Part shown: in pieces, positions 43,551-51,924 of the stretch
Position numbering within the stretch: position 1 is the first letter of the stretch
How the letters are laid out: every line of letters begins with the position of its first letter
From: an uncultured Gammaproteobacteria bacterium
Lineage (GTDB): Bacteria; Patescibacteriota; Microgenomatia; CAYQLK01
DNA length: 64,000 nucleotides
NCBI GenBank assembly: GCA_964404855.1
Contig: CAYOLO010000002.1
Coordinates: forward strand, 3,494 to 67,493
Reading direction: 5' to 3'
Notes under the pieces: generated by a model
Seen by the model: the letters and a program-made list of their open reading frames with translations, nothing else
Database searches by the model: none
Told to the model about the DNA's origin: nothing
Position numbers and translations under genes: made by a program

Positions 43551-43935
43551 TGTCTGATTTGGTTTTTAGAAATGTAATTTTTTTAGCAAAAATATTGTTT
43601 AAATTAGCTTTGTCTGGCCACTCAATAATAAATATTTTTTTAGGGTCCGATTCGATAATTTCTCTTACACCTAACATTTCAAACTGACTTGGATTCTCGA
43701 GTCTATATAGATCAAGATGATAAAGCCTGTCATAAATTTTGAGAAACACAAAAGTTGGGCTTGAAATTGTCCTAGTAATACCCAGACCTTTGGCGAAACC
43801 TCTAACAAACGCCGTTTTGCCCGCACCTAAATCGCCAGTTAGAAAAATAACTCCTCCAGAATATAAATACTCTTGAGCTAAATCTTGACCTATTTTTTCA
43901 GTTTCGATTTGATTTTTTGAGATAATTTGTTCCAT
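43525..43935 (-). CDS. tsaE: t6A biosynthesis ATPase TsaE
   Basis: LTGDLGAGKT, SSPTF, HLDLYRL, IIEWP. Confidence 0.95.
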   Translation of the reverse strand: MEQIISKNQIETEKIGQDLAQEYLYSGGVIFLTGDLGAGKTAFVRGFAKGLGITRTISSPTFVFLKIYDRLYHLDLYRLENPSQFEMLGVREIIESDPKKIFIIEWPDKANLNNIFAKKITFLKTKSDNERIITIE

Positions 43936-44255
43936 GTGATGACTGCAGTTATGCTTCCGAGTGAATCAATAATAACATCTCTGCCTCTTGGCTCACGACC
44001 TGGGATAAATGATTGATGAAACTCATCTGAAATAGCATATGTAATACAAAATATAATACTAATCCAAATATTTTTTGTGGCACGATAAACCAAAACCCCA
44101 AGAATAAAATATTCAATGAAGTGTGCAAGTTTTTTGAGGGCAAAGTCAATTGCATAAGAGTCGACTGTCGAGATTGTTGGCCGGTTACTTACAGCAAAAA
44201 TTAGTCCACACCAAATGATAACTGGAACGTATAGAAATATTGTTTGTTTAGTCAC
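43890..44255 (-). CDS. VanZ-family membrane protein
   Basis: KKLAHFIEYFILG, YAISDEFHQSFIPGR...DVIID. Confidence 0.88.
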   Translation of the reverse strand: MTKQTIFLYVPVIIWCGLIFAVSNRPTISTVDSYAIDFALKKLAHFIEYFILGVLVYRATKNIWISIIFCITYAISDEFHQSFIPGREPRGRDVIIDSLGSITAVITWNKLSQKIKSKLKK

Positions 44256-44264
44256 TGGAAAAAA

Positions 44265-44588
44265 TTATGAATGGTTCTTTAAAATATGAAACCGATCTTT
44301 ATAGGTGATACCTTGGATTATTCCACCTAAGCACAAGCTTTTGACTAATATTAAATGGTTAAAACTCGTTGTGGTGAGAATAAGAACAACAAAAACTAGT
44401 GAGAGGGTCATCCAGTGATGAATGTGAATCTTCCACTTGCTAGTTTGAATAAGTAGATTCGGCATTATTTCAACTCGCTTAATACCAAGTTTCGGTAAAC
44501 GATTAGGTTTAATGTGAATAGGTTTGGAAAGGAAGTGCGAAATAAAATATCCGACCACTAGCCCGACACCAGTAAAAACTATATCCAT
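44265..44588 (-). CDS. Small hypothetical membrane protein with HIHHW motif
   Basis: 107 aa, 2-3 TM, fills the gap between neighbours exactly. Confidence 0.65.
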   Translation of the reverse strand: MDIVFTGVGLVVGYFISHFLSKPIHIKPNRLPKLGIKRVEIMPNLLIQTSKWKIHIHHWMTLSLVFVVLILTTTSFNHLILVKSLCLGGIIQGITYKDRFHILKNHS

Positions 44589-44597
44589 ACTATTATT

Positions 44598-45815
44598 CTA
44601 TACAATTTTTAGTATAGATTTAAGTTTTTTGAAGACTTTGCTCTTTTTTATTTTTTTATTTATCTTTTTTTTGTTAGAAAAATAAACTGTATGTACCAAA
44701 AAGCCTAATGTAATTAGAGCAGTTGAAATATAAAACGGAATAAAATTGTCTGTTTTTGTTATCTCTTCAACTTGATTTTGTTTTTTGACTGCCGAAGCTG
44801 AGGATGATGTTTTGGCTCCAAGAACTTTTTTAGGAGTAGGAGTTTTAGTTATTTTTGGCGTTGGCGTTGGTTTAGTAGTTGGAGTTGGTTTTACGGTCGG
44901 CGTAGCTGTAGGGGTTGGTGTAATAATTGCGACAATTGAGTTGACTTCACCAGGTGTAGGATCTGTAGTTTTTTGCCAATTACCAGAAGCGTCAATAGCA
45001 AATGAAACGCCTTTGGTGGAAGCTGGATATGAATAACTATTAATTACTTGATCATTGTATAAAATTCTTCCACTGTCTCCACCGTTGTTAAATATTGAAC
45101 TTGTGTAAAAGACAAAATATTGTAATGGTTCGAGCGTATACTTTGGCAAGTTATTTGGTTTTGAGCCACCATCAATATCATCGATTTGAAAATTGCTTAA
45201 TTCAATCGCAAGCTCCATAGGGTTGTAAATTTCTATCCATTCGTCGCCATCAAGAGGGTCGGGCAGAATTTCTGTAATTATTAAAGTGTTTACTGAAAAA
45301 TTTGTTTGATTTTGCGACCCTCCCACTGCTTGTGGGGTTGGTGTAGCAGTTACATCAGGACACGGTTCGCCACCGACAAAATTAAGTGAGTCTTTGGTGT
45401 TGTTTTCAAAAACTTTCCAACTATTTCCTCCATCAACTTCCAAACCCACTGACTGATTCTCCGATGAAGTAGTAACATCCGGCATGGGAATTGTAATTTG
45501 CGAATAAGGATCATTTGTATTTTCTGGGGAGAAAAGCCGAATACTGTCAGGAGTTGAATTGTTTAAAAATGTCATATCAAAAGATATAACCCCCCTGGGA
45601 GAAATCGAGCCAGATAAAGTTTTAAACTGACTTTCAGTCGAGTCTCTAACCTTCCAACCTTCTAAGCTAACACTGGTACACTCTGAATTGTATAACTCTA
45701 CCCAATCAGAGCTTGATTGGTAAGAAAATTCATTAATGAAAATTGAGGCAAAAGTGCCTGATGAATTGGTAACGGATAATATTATAGATAATAAAAAAGC
45801 TAAAAATATTTTCAC
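44598..45815 (-). CDS. Surface protein with two lamin-tail (LTD) domains, PT-rich stalk and C-terminal TM anchor
   Basis: Signal peptide; INEF...DWVELYN and ITEILPDP..DEWIEIYN, TPG; TPTPTATPTVKPTPTTKPTPT; TM then Lys-rich tail. Confidence 0.85.
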   Translation of the reverse strand: MKIFLAFLLSIILSVTNSSGTFASIFINEFSYQSSSDWVELYNSECTSVSLEGWKVRDSTESQFKTLSGSISPRGVISFDMTFLNNSTPDSIRLFSPENTNDPYSQITIPMPDVTTSSENQSVGLEVDGGNSWKVFENNTKDSLNFVGGEPCPDVTATPTPQAVGGSQNQTNFSVNTLIITEILPDPLDGDEWIEIYNPMELAIELSNFQIDDIDGGSKPNNLPKYTLEPLQYFVFYTSSIFNNGGDSGRILYNDQVINSYSYPASTKGVSFAIDASGNWQKTTDPTPGEVNSIVAIITPTPTATPTVKPTPTTKPTPTPKITKTPTPKKVLGAKTSSSASAVKKQNQVEEITKTDNFIPFYISTALITLGFLVHTVYFSNKKKINKKIKKSKVFKKLKSILKIV

Positions 45816-45851
45816 TGCCCTTAATTAATTCTTTTAAGGCAGGAGACTAAA

Positions 45852-45880
45852 AATTTATCACTTTCGGGTTAGTTTCGCAA
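45852..45880 (-). promoter_or_regulatory. Sigma70-like promoter for the LTD gene
   Basis: Minus strand TTGCGA-N17-TAAATT with extended -10 TG (GTGATAAATT). Confidence 0.5.
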
Positions 45881-45901
45881 TAGATAGTTTTTACTAGAAG
45901 A

Positions 45902-47059
45902 CTACTGCGGATAAATATGGAGATAATAGGTTTCTAATCCGTCATTGTGTACGACCTTGGCAAAAGTCAGAGTACCTGGGTAAGCTCCTCCGCAGGTATA
46001 AGACCCTCCGTATAATTTGCCTTCCTTAACGGCTTTAACTGTACTTCCTCCTCCGTCCATATCGATACCTGCGTGAACACCACCATTGTAGCGTTGTGCA
46101 TAATAATGTGAGCTCCCATAACCTTGGTTTATACTAATTGGATTATTAACCGGCCACTCAAATGGACCATCTGGATAGATAGTGCCATAATCGTCATACT
46201 TATCAGGTGGATAATTATAAGAGAAAGACGTTTTTTTTAGATAATTATTTGGATTCTCAACACTGCCGTTTTTATGAACTTCGAAATGAAGATGGGCTCC
46301 ACTAGAACAACCTGAGGCACCATTGATAATGTTTCCAATTGTGTCTCCAGTTTTGACATCTCTAATCAAAGTAAGCTTTCCATAAGAAATGGCTGCCTGT
46401 TCAGCTCGAGCTTGAGCAAGCTGGGCTTGATAGGTTCGCTCGTCGTTTTTGGTGATGACCAAAAGACTCTCTTTTTCTTTTTTCTGTCGAGTCAGAGTCG
46501 ACTGAAGTGCATCTAGTGAAACCTTAAGCTTTTCTGCCTCAAGCTTTTTGTCTTCTAAGGTTTCTTTTTGATTGGTGTAGGAGCTTTTGGTGGTTTGGAG
46601 TTGGCCAAGAATTTTACGGTCGCTTTGTTGGATGGTTTTGAGGTATTTGTAACGCGCTAGAAGCTTGCCAAAGTCGTTACTTGAGAGGAATAGGTCCAAT
46701 GGCGAGATACGGCCATTCTTGTACGTGTTAGTGATGCGAATGAGGACTTTATCTGACTGTGTTGTTAAAGTCCCTCTAATCCTATCAATACGGCCTCCTA
46801 GTACACCGATTTCTTCCTCTAGCTTGGCTAGGTCTAATTCAGTCTGGGCGATTCTTAGTGTAGTCAACTCAACTTGATCATCAAGTTTAGTAATTTCACT
46901 TTTTAGGCTTTTGGCCATTGTTTGTGTTTGGGCTAGCTTTTGCTCTAACTCCTCAATTTTGGATTTATCTGCATCAACGATAGTTACCGGAAAAAGACCC
47001 AGCAGCAAGACAAACACCAAGCAAACTTGAATTATTTTAGTAAGGTTAAAAATTTTCAT
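45902..47059 (-). CDS. Coiled-coil plus M23 peptidase (FtsEX partner; EnvC/PcsB/RipC-like architecture), M23 circularly permuted
   Basis: Signal peptide, about 190 aa coiled coil, GAHLHFEV and HAGID zinc motifs; directly downstream of ftsX. Confidence 0.88.
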   Translation of the reverse strand: MKIFNLTKIIQVCLVFVLLLGLFPVTIVDADKSKIEELEQKLAQTQTMAKSLKSEITKLDDQVELTTLRIAQTELDLAKLEEEIGVLGGRIDRIRGTLTTQSDKVLIRITNTYKNGRISPLDLFLSSNDFGKLLARYKYLKTIQQSDRKILGQLQTTKSSYTNQKETLEDKKLEAEKLKVSLDALQSTLTRQKKEKESLLVITKNDERTYQAQLAQARAEQAAISYGKLTLIRDVKTGDTIGNIINGASGCSSGAHLHFEVHKNGSVENPNNYLKKTSFSYNYPPDKYDDYGTIYPDGPFEWPVNNPISINQGYGSSHYYAQRYNGGVHAGIDMDGGGSTVKAVKEGKLYGGSYTCGGAYPGTLTFAKVVHNDGLETYYLHIYPQ

Positions 47060-47133
47060 AGCTAAAAATTGCCTTTTTTTGTTTCAGGCTTAATCTTTTT
47101 ATTATAAACTCGACAAAGACTTATTAGAAAATT

Positions 47134-48003
47134 TTAGATTCGCAAATATCTTCTTAGAGAAATTTGCGCCCCGATTGCTCCAATTAATGCACCAGCTAAT
47201 GATTGGCCGCCAATTAGTAGTAAAAATACACTAATTGGAATTGGAAAAATAGGAATTCCTGTAAAAAATGGTGAAATTTCTGGAGAGAAATACAAAACAA
47301 GCATAGTAATAACAAGGCTAGAAATCAACGCACCTACAACACCATAAAGAATACCTTCAAAAATAAATGGTGCTTTAATATACCAATTCGAGGCACCAAT
47401 TAGCCTCATAATTTTGATTTCCTCTCTTCTGATGGCAATTCTCATACCAATAACCATAAAAACAATTAATACTGAAACAGTAGTTAAAAACGCCACGAGC
47501 GCTACACCGCCGACTCTTAAAATTCTGGTCCAATTGGTTAATTTTTCAACCACATCCTTTTGGTATACAACCTCATCAATTATTTCTTCTTTTACCAGTA
47601 TCTCTGAAATTTTTTCTAAGTCGGATGCGTTGTATGTTGAAATATCTAAGGATGCAGGAAGAATGTTGGCCGTAACCAACTCAAGAAGGAGTGGATCGTT
47701 TTTGTTTTGATCTTGATAGATTTTTAAGGCGTCTTCTTTGGAAATGAACTTAACTTCGCTGGTTAGATTCGTGTCAGTTATGGTTTTTTGTAAAGCAAAT
47801 ATCTGATCATTTTGTGCAGTATCTTTAAAAAAGGCTGAAATCTGAGGTCTTGCTTCGAAATATTTAATTACCTCATTACTTCCGACAGCCACCAGAACGA
47901 ACAGTCCAGAGATAAAAAAGGTGGCAGCCATAACAACAAAAGCTGCTAGAGCTTGGTATGGTGATCTGCGAATATATCTTGCGGTAGTTTTAATCTTTGC
48001 CAT
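47134..48003 (-). CDS. ftsX: Cell division permease FtsX
   Basis: 4 TM, FISKEDAL, NILPASL, RREEIKIMRLIGASNWYIKAPFIFEG. Confidence 0.95.
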   Translation of the reverse strand: MAKIKTTARYIRRSPYQALAAFVVMAATFFISGLFVLVAVGSNEVIKYFEARPQISAFFKDTAQNDQIFALQKTITDTNLTSEVKFISKEDALKIYQDQNKNDPLLLELVTANILPASLDISTYNASDLEKISEILVKEEIIDEVVYQKDVVEKLTNWTRILRVGGVALVAFLTTVSVLIVFMVIGMRIAIRREEIKIMRLIGASNWYIKAPFIFEGILYGVVGALISSLVITMLVLYFSPEISPFFTGIPIFPIPISVFLLLIGGQSLAGALIGAIGAQISLRRYLRI

Positions 48004-48676
48004 ATTTACCTTTGTTTTTGTCTGATAATATTTTGCCTTTTTCTAAGTGAATCACACGCCTTTGACGTTTATCAACAATTGGGACGTCGTGTGTCGCTAC
48101 GATCACTGTTGTTCCGAGCTCTTTATTAATGTTTTCGAGCAAATCGATAATAAGATCTGAATTACCAGGATCGAGATCACCAGTTGGTTCATCGGCGAGT
48201 AGTATTGATGGCTTGGCAATAATTGCCCTAGCAATACTGGTCCTTTGGACTTCACCGCCAGATAATTGAGAAGGGAAATGCTTAGCCTTGTCTGCGATCC
48301 CGACCATATCCAAGGTTTCCATGACTTGCTGTCTAATTTTGGAGTCTTTTTCTCCAATAACTTGAAGAGCAATTGCCACATTCTCAGCAACAGTTCGATC
48401 GTTTAACAGTTTGAAATCTTGAAAGACCATACCAATATCTCGTCTTAGTTTGGGAACTTTTGATCTTTTGAGCTTAGATAGATTAAAATCGTTGACTTTA
48501 ATCTCGCCCGAAGAAAAATTTAGCTCTTTGTTGATTAACTTAAGAATCGTCGATTTACCTGCACCTGACTTGCCTATCAGGAAAACGAAATCTTTGTCGG
48601 GTATTTCGAGTGTGATTTCCTCAAGCCCAATTGAACCATCAGGGAATTTTTTACTAACTTGGTCAAAAATAATCAT
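47990..48676 (-). CDS. ftsE: Cell division ATP-binding protein FtsE
   Basis: GKSGAGKST, LRRDIGMVFQDFKLL, LSGGE, ADEPTGDLD; adjacent to ftsX; ATG 48676 preferred. Confidence 0.95.
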   Translation of the reverse strand: MIIFDQVSKKFPDGSIGLEEITLEIPDKDFVFLIGKSGAGKSTILKLINKELNFSSGEIKVNDFNLSKLKRSKVPKLRRDIGMVFQDFKLLNDRTVAENVAIALQVIGEKDSKIRQQVMETLDMVGIADKAKHFPSQLSGGEVQRTSIARAIIAKPSILLADEPTGDLDPGNSDLIIDLLENINKELGTTVIVATHDVPIVDKRQRRVIHLEKGKILSDKNKGKYGKD

Positions 48677-48707
48677 AAAGGCAGTTAACAATACTTACTA
48701 AGTAGGG

Positions 48708-48716
48708 ATTTTACCA
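48708..48716 (-). promoter_or_regulatory. Extended -10 element upstream of ftsE
   Basis: TGGTAAAAT on minus strand in the intergenic gap. Confidence 0.4.
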
Positions 48717-48753
48717 AATGTATTAAAAAGATTCGACCCTAGAAATGAAACTT

Positions 48754-49161
48754 TTACTGCGAAGCCTCAACTCGACCAACATCCATAAGCCATCCGACCT
48801 GACTTGAAGAGAAGGTCTCCCCATAGACGGTAACTTTTTGCCCAACATATTCATTGAGATCTAATACCGAGGATGTAAGGTATGCAGTTTGACTTTCATC
48901 ACCTCGGATTAGTTTGTGAGTACCACTCGCAAAATTTTCCCCATCAGACACATCGTTTTTCTCAATTACACCTTCGGCTTTATCTCGAAAAGAAGCTGCG
49001 TCTTTTTGTTGAACTTGTTCAGTATGTTCAGATACAGACCCCTCTTCCTTTGCGGAAAGCGAAGAAGCAGATTTGGATGGTGTTGCTTGAGCGAGAACAA
49101 ATCCTGTGCCAACTCCAAGGATTATTGAGATAATAGGAACGATAATGAATGCGAGTTTCAT
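48754..49161 (-). CDS. Hypothetical protein, N-terminal TM anchor and small beta-rich domain
   Basis: 135 aa; TM, S/E/Q linker, YLTSSVLDLNEYVGQKVTVYGE. Confidence 0.75.
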   Translation of the reverse strand: MKLAFIIVPIISIILGVGTGFVLAQATPSKSASSLSAKEEGSVSEHTEQVQQKDAASFRDKAEGVIEKNDVSDGENFASGTHKLIRGDESQTAYLTSSVLDLNEYVGQKVTVYGETFSSSQVGWLMDVGRVEASQ

Positions 49162-49191
49162 CTAAATATTATTAGAACTAATATAACTTAG

Positions 49192-49221
49192 ATTGTAGCA
49201 GTTAATTTTTGACATTGTCTA
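49192..49221 (-). promoter_or_regulatory. Sigma70-like promoter
   Basis: TAGACA-N18-TACAAT with TG extension (TGCTACAAT). Confidence 0.4.
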
Positions 49222-50320
49222 GGTCAGACTTAAGCTCAGCAAGAATAAAGTTTTCTATATGTCCTTCTAAAACCGATTCTGCGTTTGTATCTTCGTATCC
49301 AGTTCTTATGTCTTTGACAAGTTTATAAGGGTGTAATACGTAAGATCTTATTTGGTTACCCCAACCAGCCATAGTCAAACCACTTTTTAGTTTTTGATTC
49401 TCAACATCCGCTTGATCTTTTTGTCTTTGAAACAATTTTGCTCTCAACAGTTTCATGGCATTTTCCTTGTTTTGAGCTTGATATCTTTGGGTTTGTGATG
49501 CCACGACAATACCCGTAGGCAGATGTTTAATCCTGACAGCAGTTTCGACTTTATTGACGTTTTGCCCACCAGCACCCGCTGAACGGTAAGTGTCGACTTC
49601 AATATCTTCAGGTCTGATTTCTATGTCAGGATTATCGTCCATTTCTGGCATAACTTCGACGAGAGCAAAAGAAGTTTGCCTTAGTTGATCAGCATTAAAT
49701 GGTGATTGTCTCACGAGTCGATGGACGCCCATTTCCCTTTTTAAATAACCATAAGCATAATCTCCAGATATTAGAATCGACACCTCTTTTACTCCTGCCT
49801 CCTCGCCTTCTACCTCGTTTATTACCTCGCTTTTCCAACCTTGTTTTGTTTCTGCATATCGTTGATACATTCTTGACAACATCGCAGCCCAGTCCATGGC
49901 CTCAGTTCCACCTTGTCCAGAATGGACAGACACTATTGCGTTTGCTTGGTCATGAGGACCAGAAAGAAAGACTAGTATTTCTAGAGCGGCAATTTGATTT
50001 TTTAAGTCCTGATATTCTAAGTTGAGCGAGTTCTCAGTTTTTTCATCAATTTCTAAATTGTCCTCTTTTGCATAATTTAACACGTCAATATTCTCATTGA
50101 TTTTTTGCTGAAGACTTATAACAGTTGCTATTTCTTTTTCGATTAGTGAAATTTCTTTCATCACTTTTTGAGCAGTAATATTGTCAGACCAAAAATTAGG
50201 ATCTTTAGTAAGTAAATTAAGCTCTTCAAGTTTCTTTTTTTTCTCGGGAATATTTAACCTGTTGGTAATAATTTCTAAATTTGAAAGTAATTCTTGATAA
50301 TTTGTTACGAGAGAATCCAT
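49202..50320 (-). CDS. prfB: Peptide chain release factor 2
   Basis: [20 protein letters not shown] (SPF specificity motif), [22 protein letters not shown]. Confidence 0.97.
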   Translation of the reverse strand: MDSLVTNYQELLSNLEIITNRLNIPEKKKKLEELNLLTKDPNFWSDNITAQKVMKEISLIEKEIATVISLQQKINENIDVLNYAKEDNLEIDEKTENSLNLEYQDLKNQIAALEILVFLSGPHDQANAIVSVHSGQGGTEAMDWAAMLSRMYQRYAETKQGWKSEVINEVEGEEAGVKEVSILISGDYAYGYLKREMGVHRLVRQSPFNADQLRQTSFALVEVMPEMDDNPDIEIRPEDIEVDTYRSAGAGGQNVNKVETAVRIKHLPTGIVVASQTQRYQAQNKENAMKLLRAKLFQRQKDQADVENQKLKSGLTMAGWGNQIRSYVLHPYKLVKDIRTGYEDTNAESVLEGHIENFILAELKSDLDNVKN

Positions 50321-50353
50321 ATATTATTTTTTAACCAGTTAAAATTGATGACT

Positions 50354-51184
50354 TTATGAAACCAAGCCTAACAGAAACAAGAATATTATTAAAAATCCAA
50401 ATGCATATCTGTAAACAACGAAGGATATAAGAGTAAATTTTGTTAAGAAATGCATCATAAATTTAATGGCTAAAAATCCAGATATAGCTGCTGCGACAAT
50501 ACCAACAATAAAAGATAGTTGTAGGTCTTTTGGAAAAGATGATGGATTTATAATAAATGGCCAAAGTTGCTTTAATGCTGCACCGGCAATAGTCGGAACC
50601 GCCATTAAAAATGCGAACCGAGCAGCTTCAACTCTTTTTAACCCTAAAACCATTCCTGAAGAAATAATAATTCCCGATCTGCTCGTACCTGGAATTAGCG
50701 AGATTGCTTGCGCTACCCCCAAAACCAAAGCATCTGTAAAACTTAATGAAGAAAGACTTCTGTTGTGTTTGGCTCTTCGTTCGGAATATATGAAATATAA
50801 AGAAACAGAAAATAACATTAGAGCAACTAACATTGGTGAGCGAAACGCAGAGTCAACAATATCTTCGAACAAAAATCCAACTATACCTGCTGGTATGGCT
50901 GAGATTAAAACAAGCCATCCTAATTTTTGTTCTTGCGACTTAATGCTAAAAAAATAAAACGACTTTAGTATTCCAATAAATACCCGCCTAAGATCGTTAA
51001 AAAAATAAATAATTACTGCCAGAAGTGTACCCAGGTGTAATGCCACATCAAAAACTAGCCCAAATTCTGCTGAAGATACATGAAAAAGAGATTCAAAGAC
51101 GATTAAATGTCCTGTTGAAGAAATTGGTAAAAATTCTGTTGCGCCCTGAATAATACCTAAAAAAATAAATGCCAAAATTCCCAT
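50354..51184 (-). CDS. uppP: Undecaprenyl-diphosphatase
   Basis: GIIQGATEFLPISSTGHL, HLGT, PGTSRSG. Confidence 0.95.
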   Translation of the reverse strand: MGILAFIFLGIIQGATEFLPISSTGHLIVFESLFHVSSAEFGLVFDVALHLGTLLAVIIYFFNDLRRVFIGILKSFYFFSIKSQEQKLGWLVLISAIPAGIVGFLFEDIVDSAFRSPMLVALMLFSVSLYFIYSERRAKHNRSLSSLSFTDALVLGVAQAISLIPGTSRSGIIISSGMVLGLKRVEAARFAFLMAVPTIAGAALKQLWPFIINPSSFPKDLQLSFIVGIVAAAISGFLAIKFMMHFLTKFTLISFVVYRYAFGFLIIFLFLLGLVS

Positions 51185-51198
51185 ACCTAATTATTATA

Positions 51199-51864
51199 TT
51201 ACTTTGTCATTTTAATCCAATTTTTAAATGAATTAATTTGTAATAACAAAGGGAAAACCACTAAGACTAGAACTGAAAAAAGGCTAATAATCGCGAGAGT
51301 TTGAGTAGAATAAATTATTTCATTAATAAAGTAAAAGATTAAAAATATGTAAATTACAGTAGGAATCATTGTTGCAATTAGATATTTTTTGTAGGACAAG
51401 TTGGAAATTCCACTTGCGTAACTAACTAAACCAAAGCTAACCCCTGGAAGTGATCTGAAAATTAATACCGACCGTGTGTTTATGTATTCAGAAAATGAAT
51501 TTATTTGGCTTCGATCGTTTTTCGTGGTTAAAAGTTTTAAAACCTTCTCCGTAAAGTATCTTCCAATATAAAAATTAATCGTAGCGGAAATAAAAAAGGC
51601 AATAATTGTTGAAATAACTCCAACAAAAAAAGGAAATGACACTCCTCCAGCTAAAATAAATGGAACATCTGGAAGAGGAGGAATTAAAATTGCAAAACTA
51701 ACTATAAATATATAAACAATTGGCGACAATGCACCGTAATTCGATATTGAAGACTTTGTTGATTCTATTAATTTTAACAAGTCAGGGTTATTACTGAACC
51801 CGAACCCAAGCGTTAAAATAAAAGCTAAATATATTAAATAGTAAAAAACAAATGTCTTATTCAA
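51199..51864 (-). CDS. TVP38/TMEM64 (DedA/VTT) membrane protein
   Basis: IPPLP...LAGG, FYIGR, RSLPGVSFGLVSYASG, YLIATMI. Confidence 0.85.
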   Translation of the reverse strand: MNKTFVFYYLIYLAFILTLGFGFSNNPDLLKLIESTKSSISNYGALSPIVYIFIVSFAILIPPLPDVPFILAGGVSFPFFVGVISTIIAFFISATINFYIGRYFTEKVLKLLTTKNDRSQINSFSEYINTRSVLIFRSLPGVSFGLVSYASGISNLSYKKYLIATMIPTVIYIFLIFYFINEIIYSTQTLAIISLFSVLVLVVFPLLLQINSFKNWIKMTK

Positions 51865-51894
51865 AAACGGAAATAATCTTTGATAATCGACTTG

Positions 51895-51903
51895 ATTCTA
51901 ACA
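51895..51903 (-). promoter_or_regulatory. Extended -10 element upstream of DedA gene
   Basis: TGTTAGAAT on minus strand. Confidence 0.35.
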
Positions 51904-51924
51904 AAAAAATGAAAACTTTGTTCT

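Noticed and set aside
43890-44255. vanZ and uppP (bacA) as antibiotic-resistance island
   Set aside because: Both are widespread housekeeping envelope families; no van cluster or mobility genes are present
44830-44925. Repetitive GTTGG/GTAGG DNA as a possible tandem repeat or CRISPR
   Set aside because: Explained by Pro-Thr codons of the stalk; degenerate, with no repeat-spacer structure or cas genes
5535-48390. Short alternate-frame minus-strand ORFs (5535, 5976, 13830, 23030, 29539, 40826, 41356, 43949, 48103)
   Set aside because: Nested in or overlapping conserved genes, with no motifs
49202-50320. Alternative genetic code 25 (UGA=Gly) as in Gracilibacteria/Absconditabacteria
   Set aside because: RF2 is intact and many full-length genes end in TGA (ATGA overlaps)
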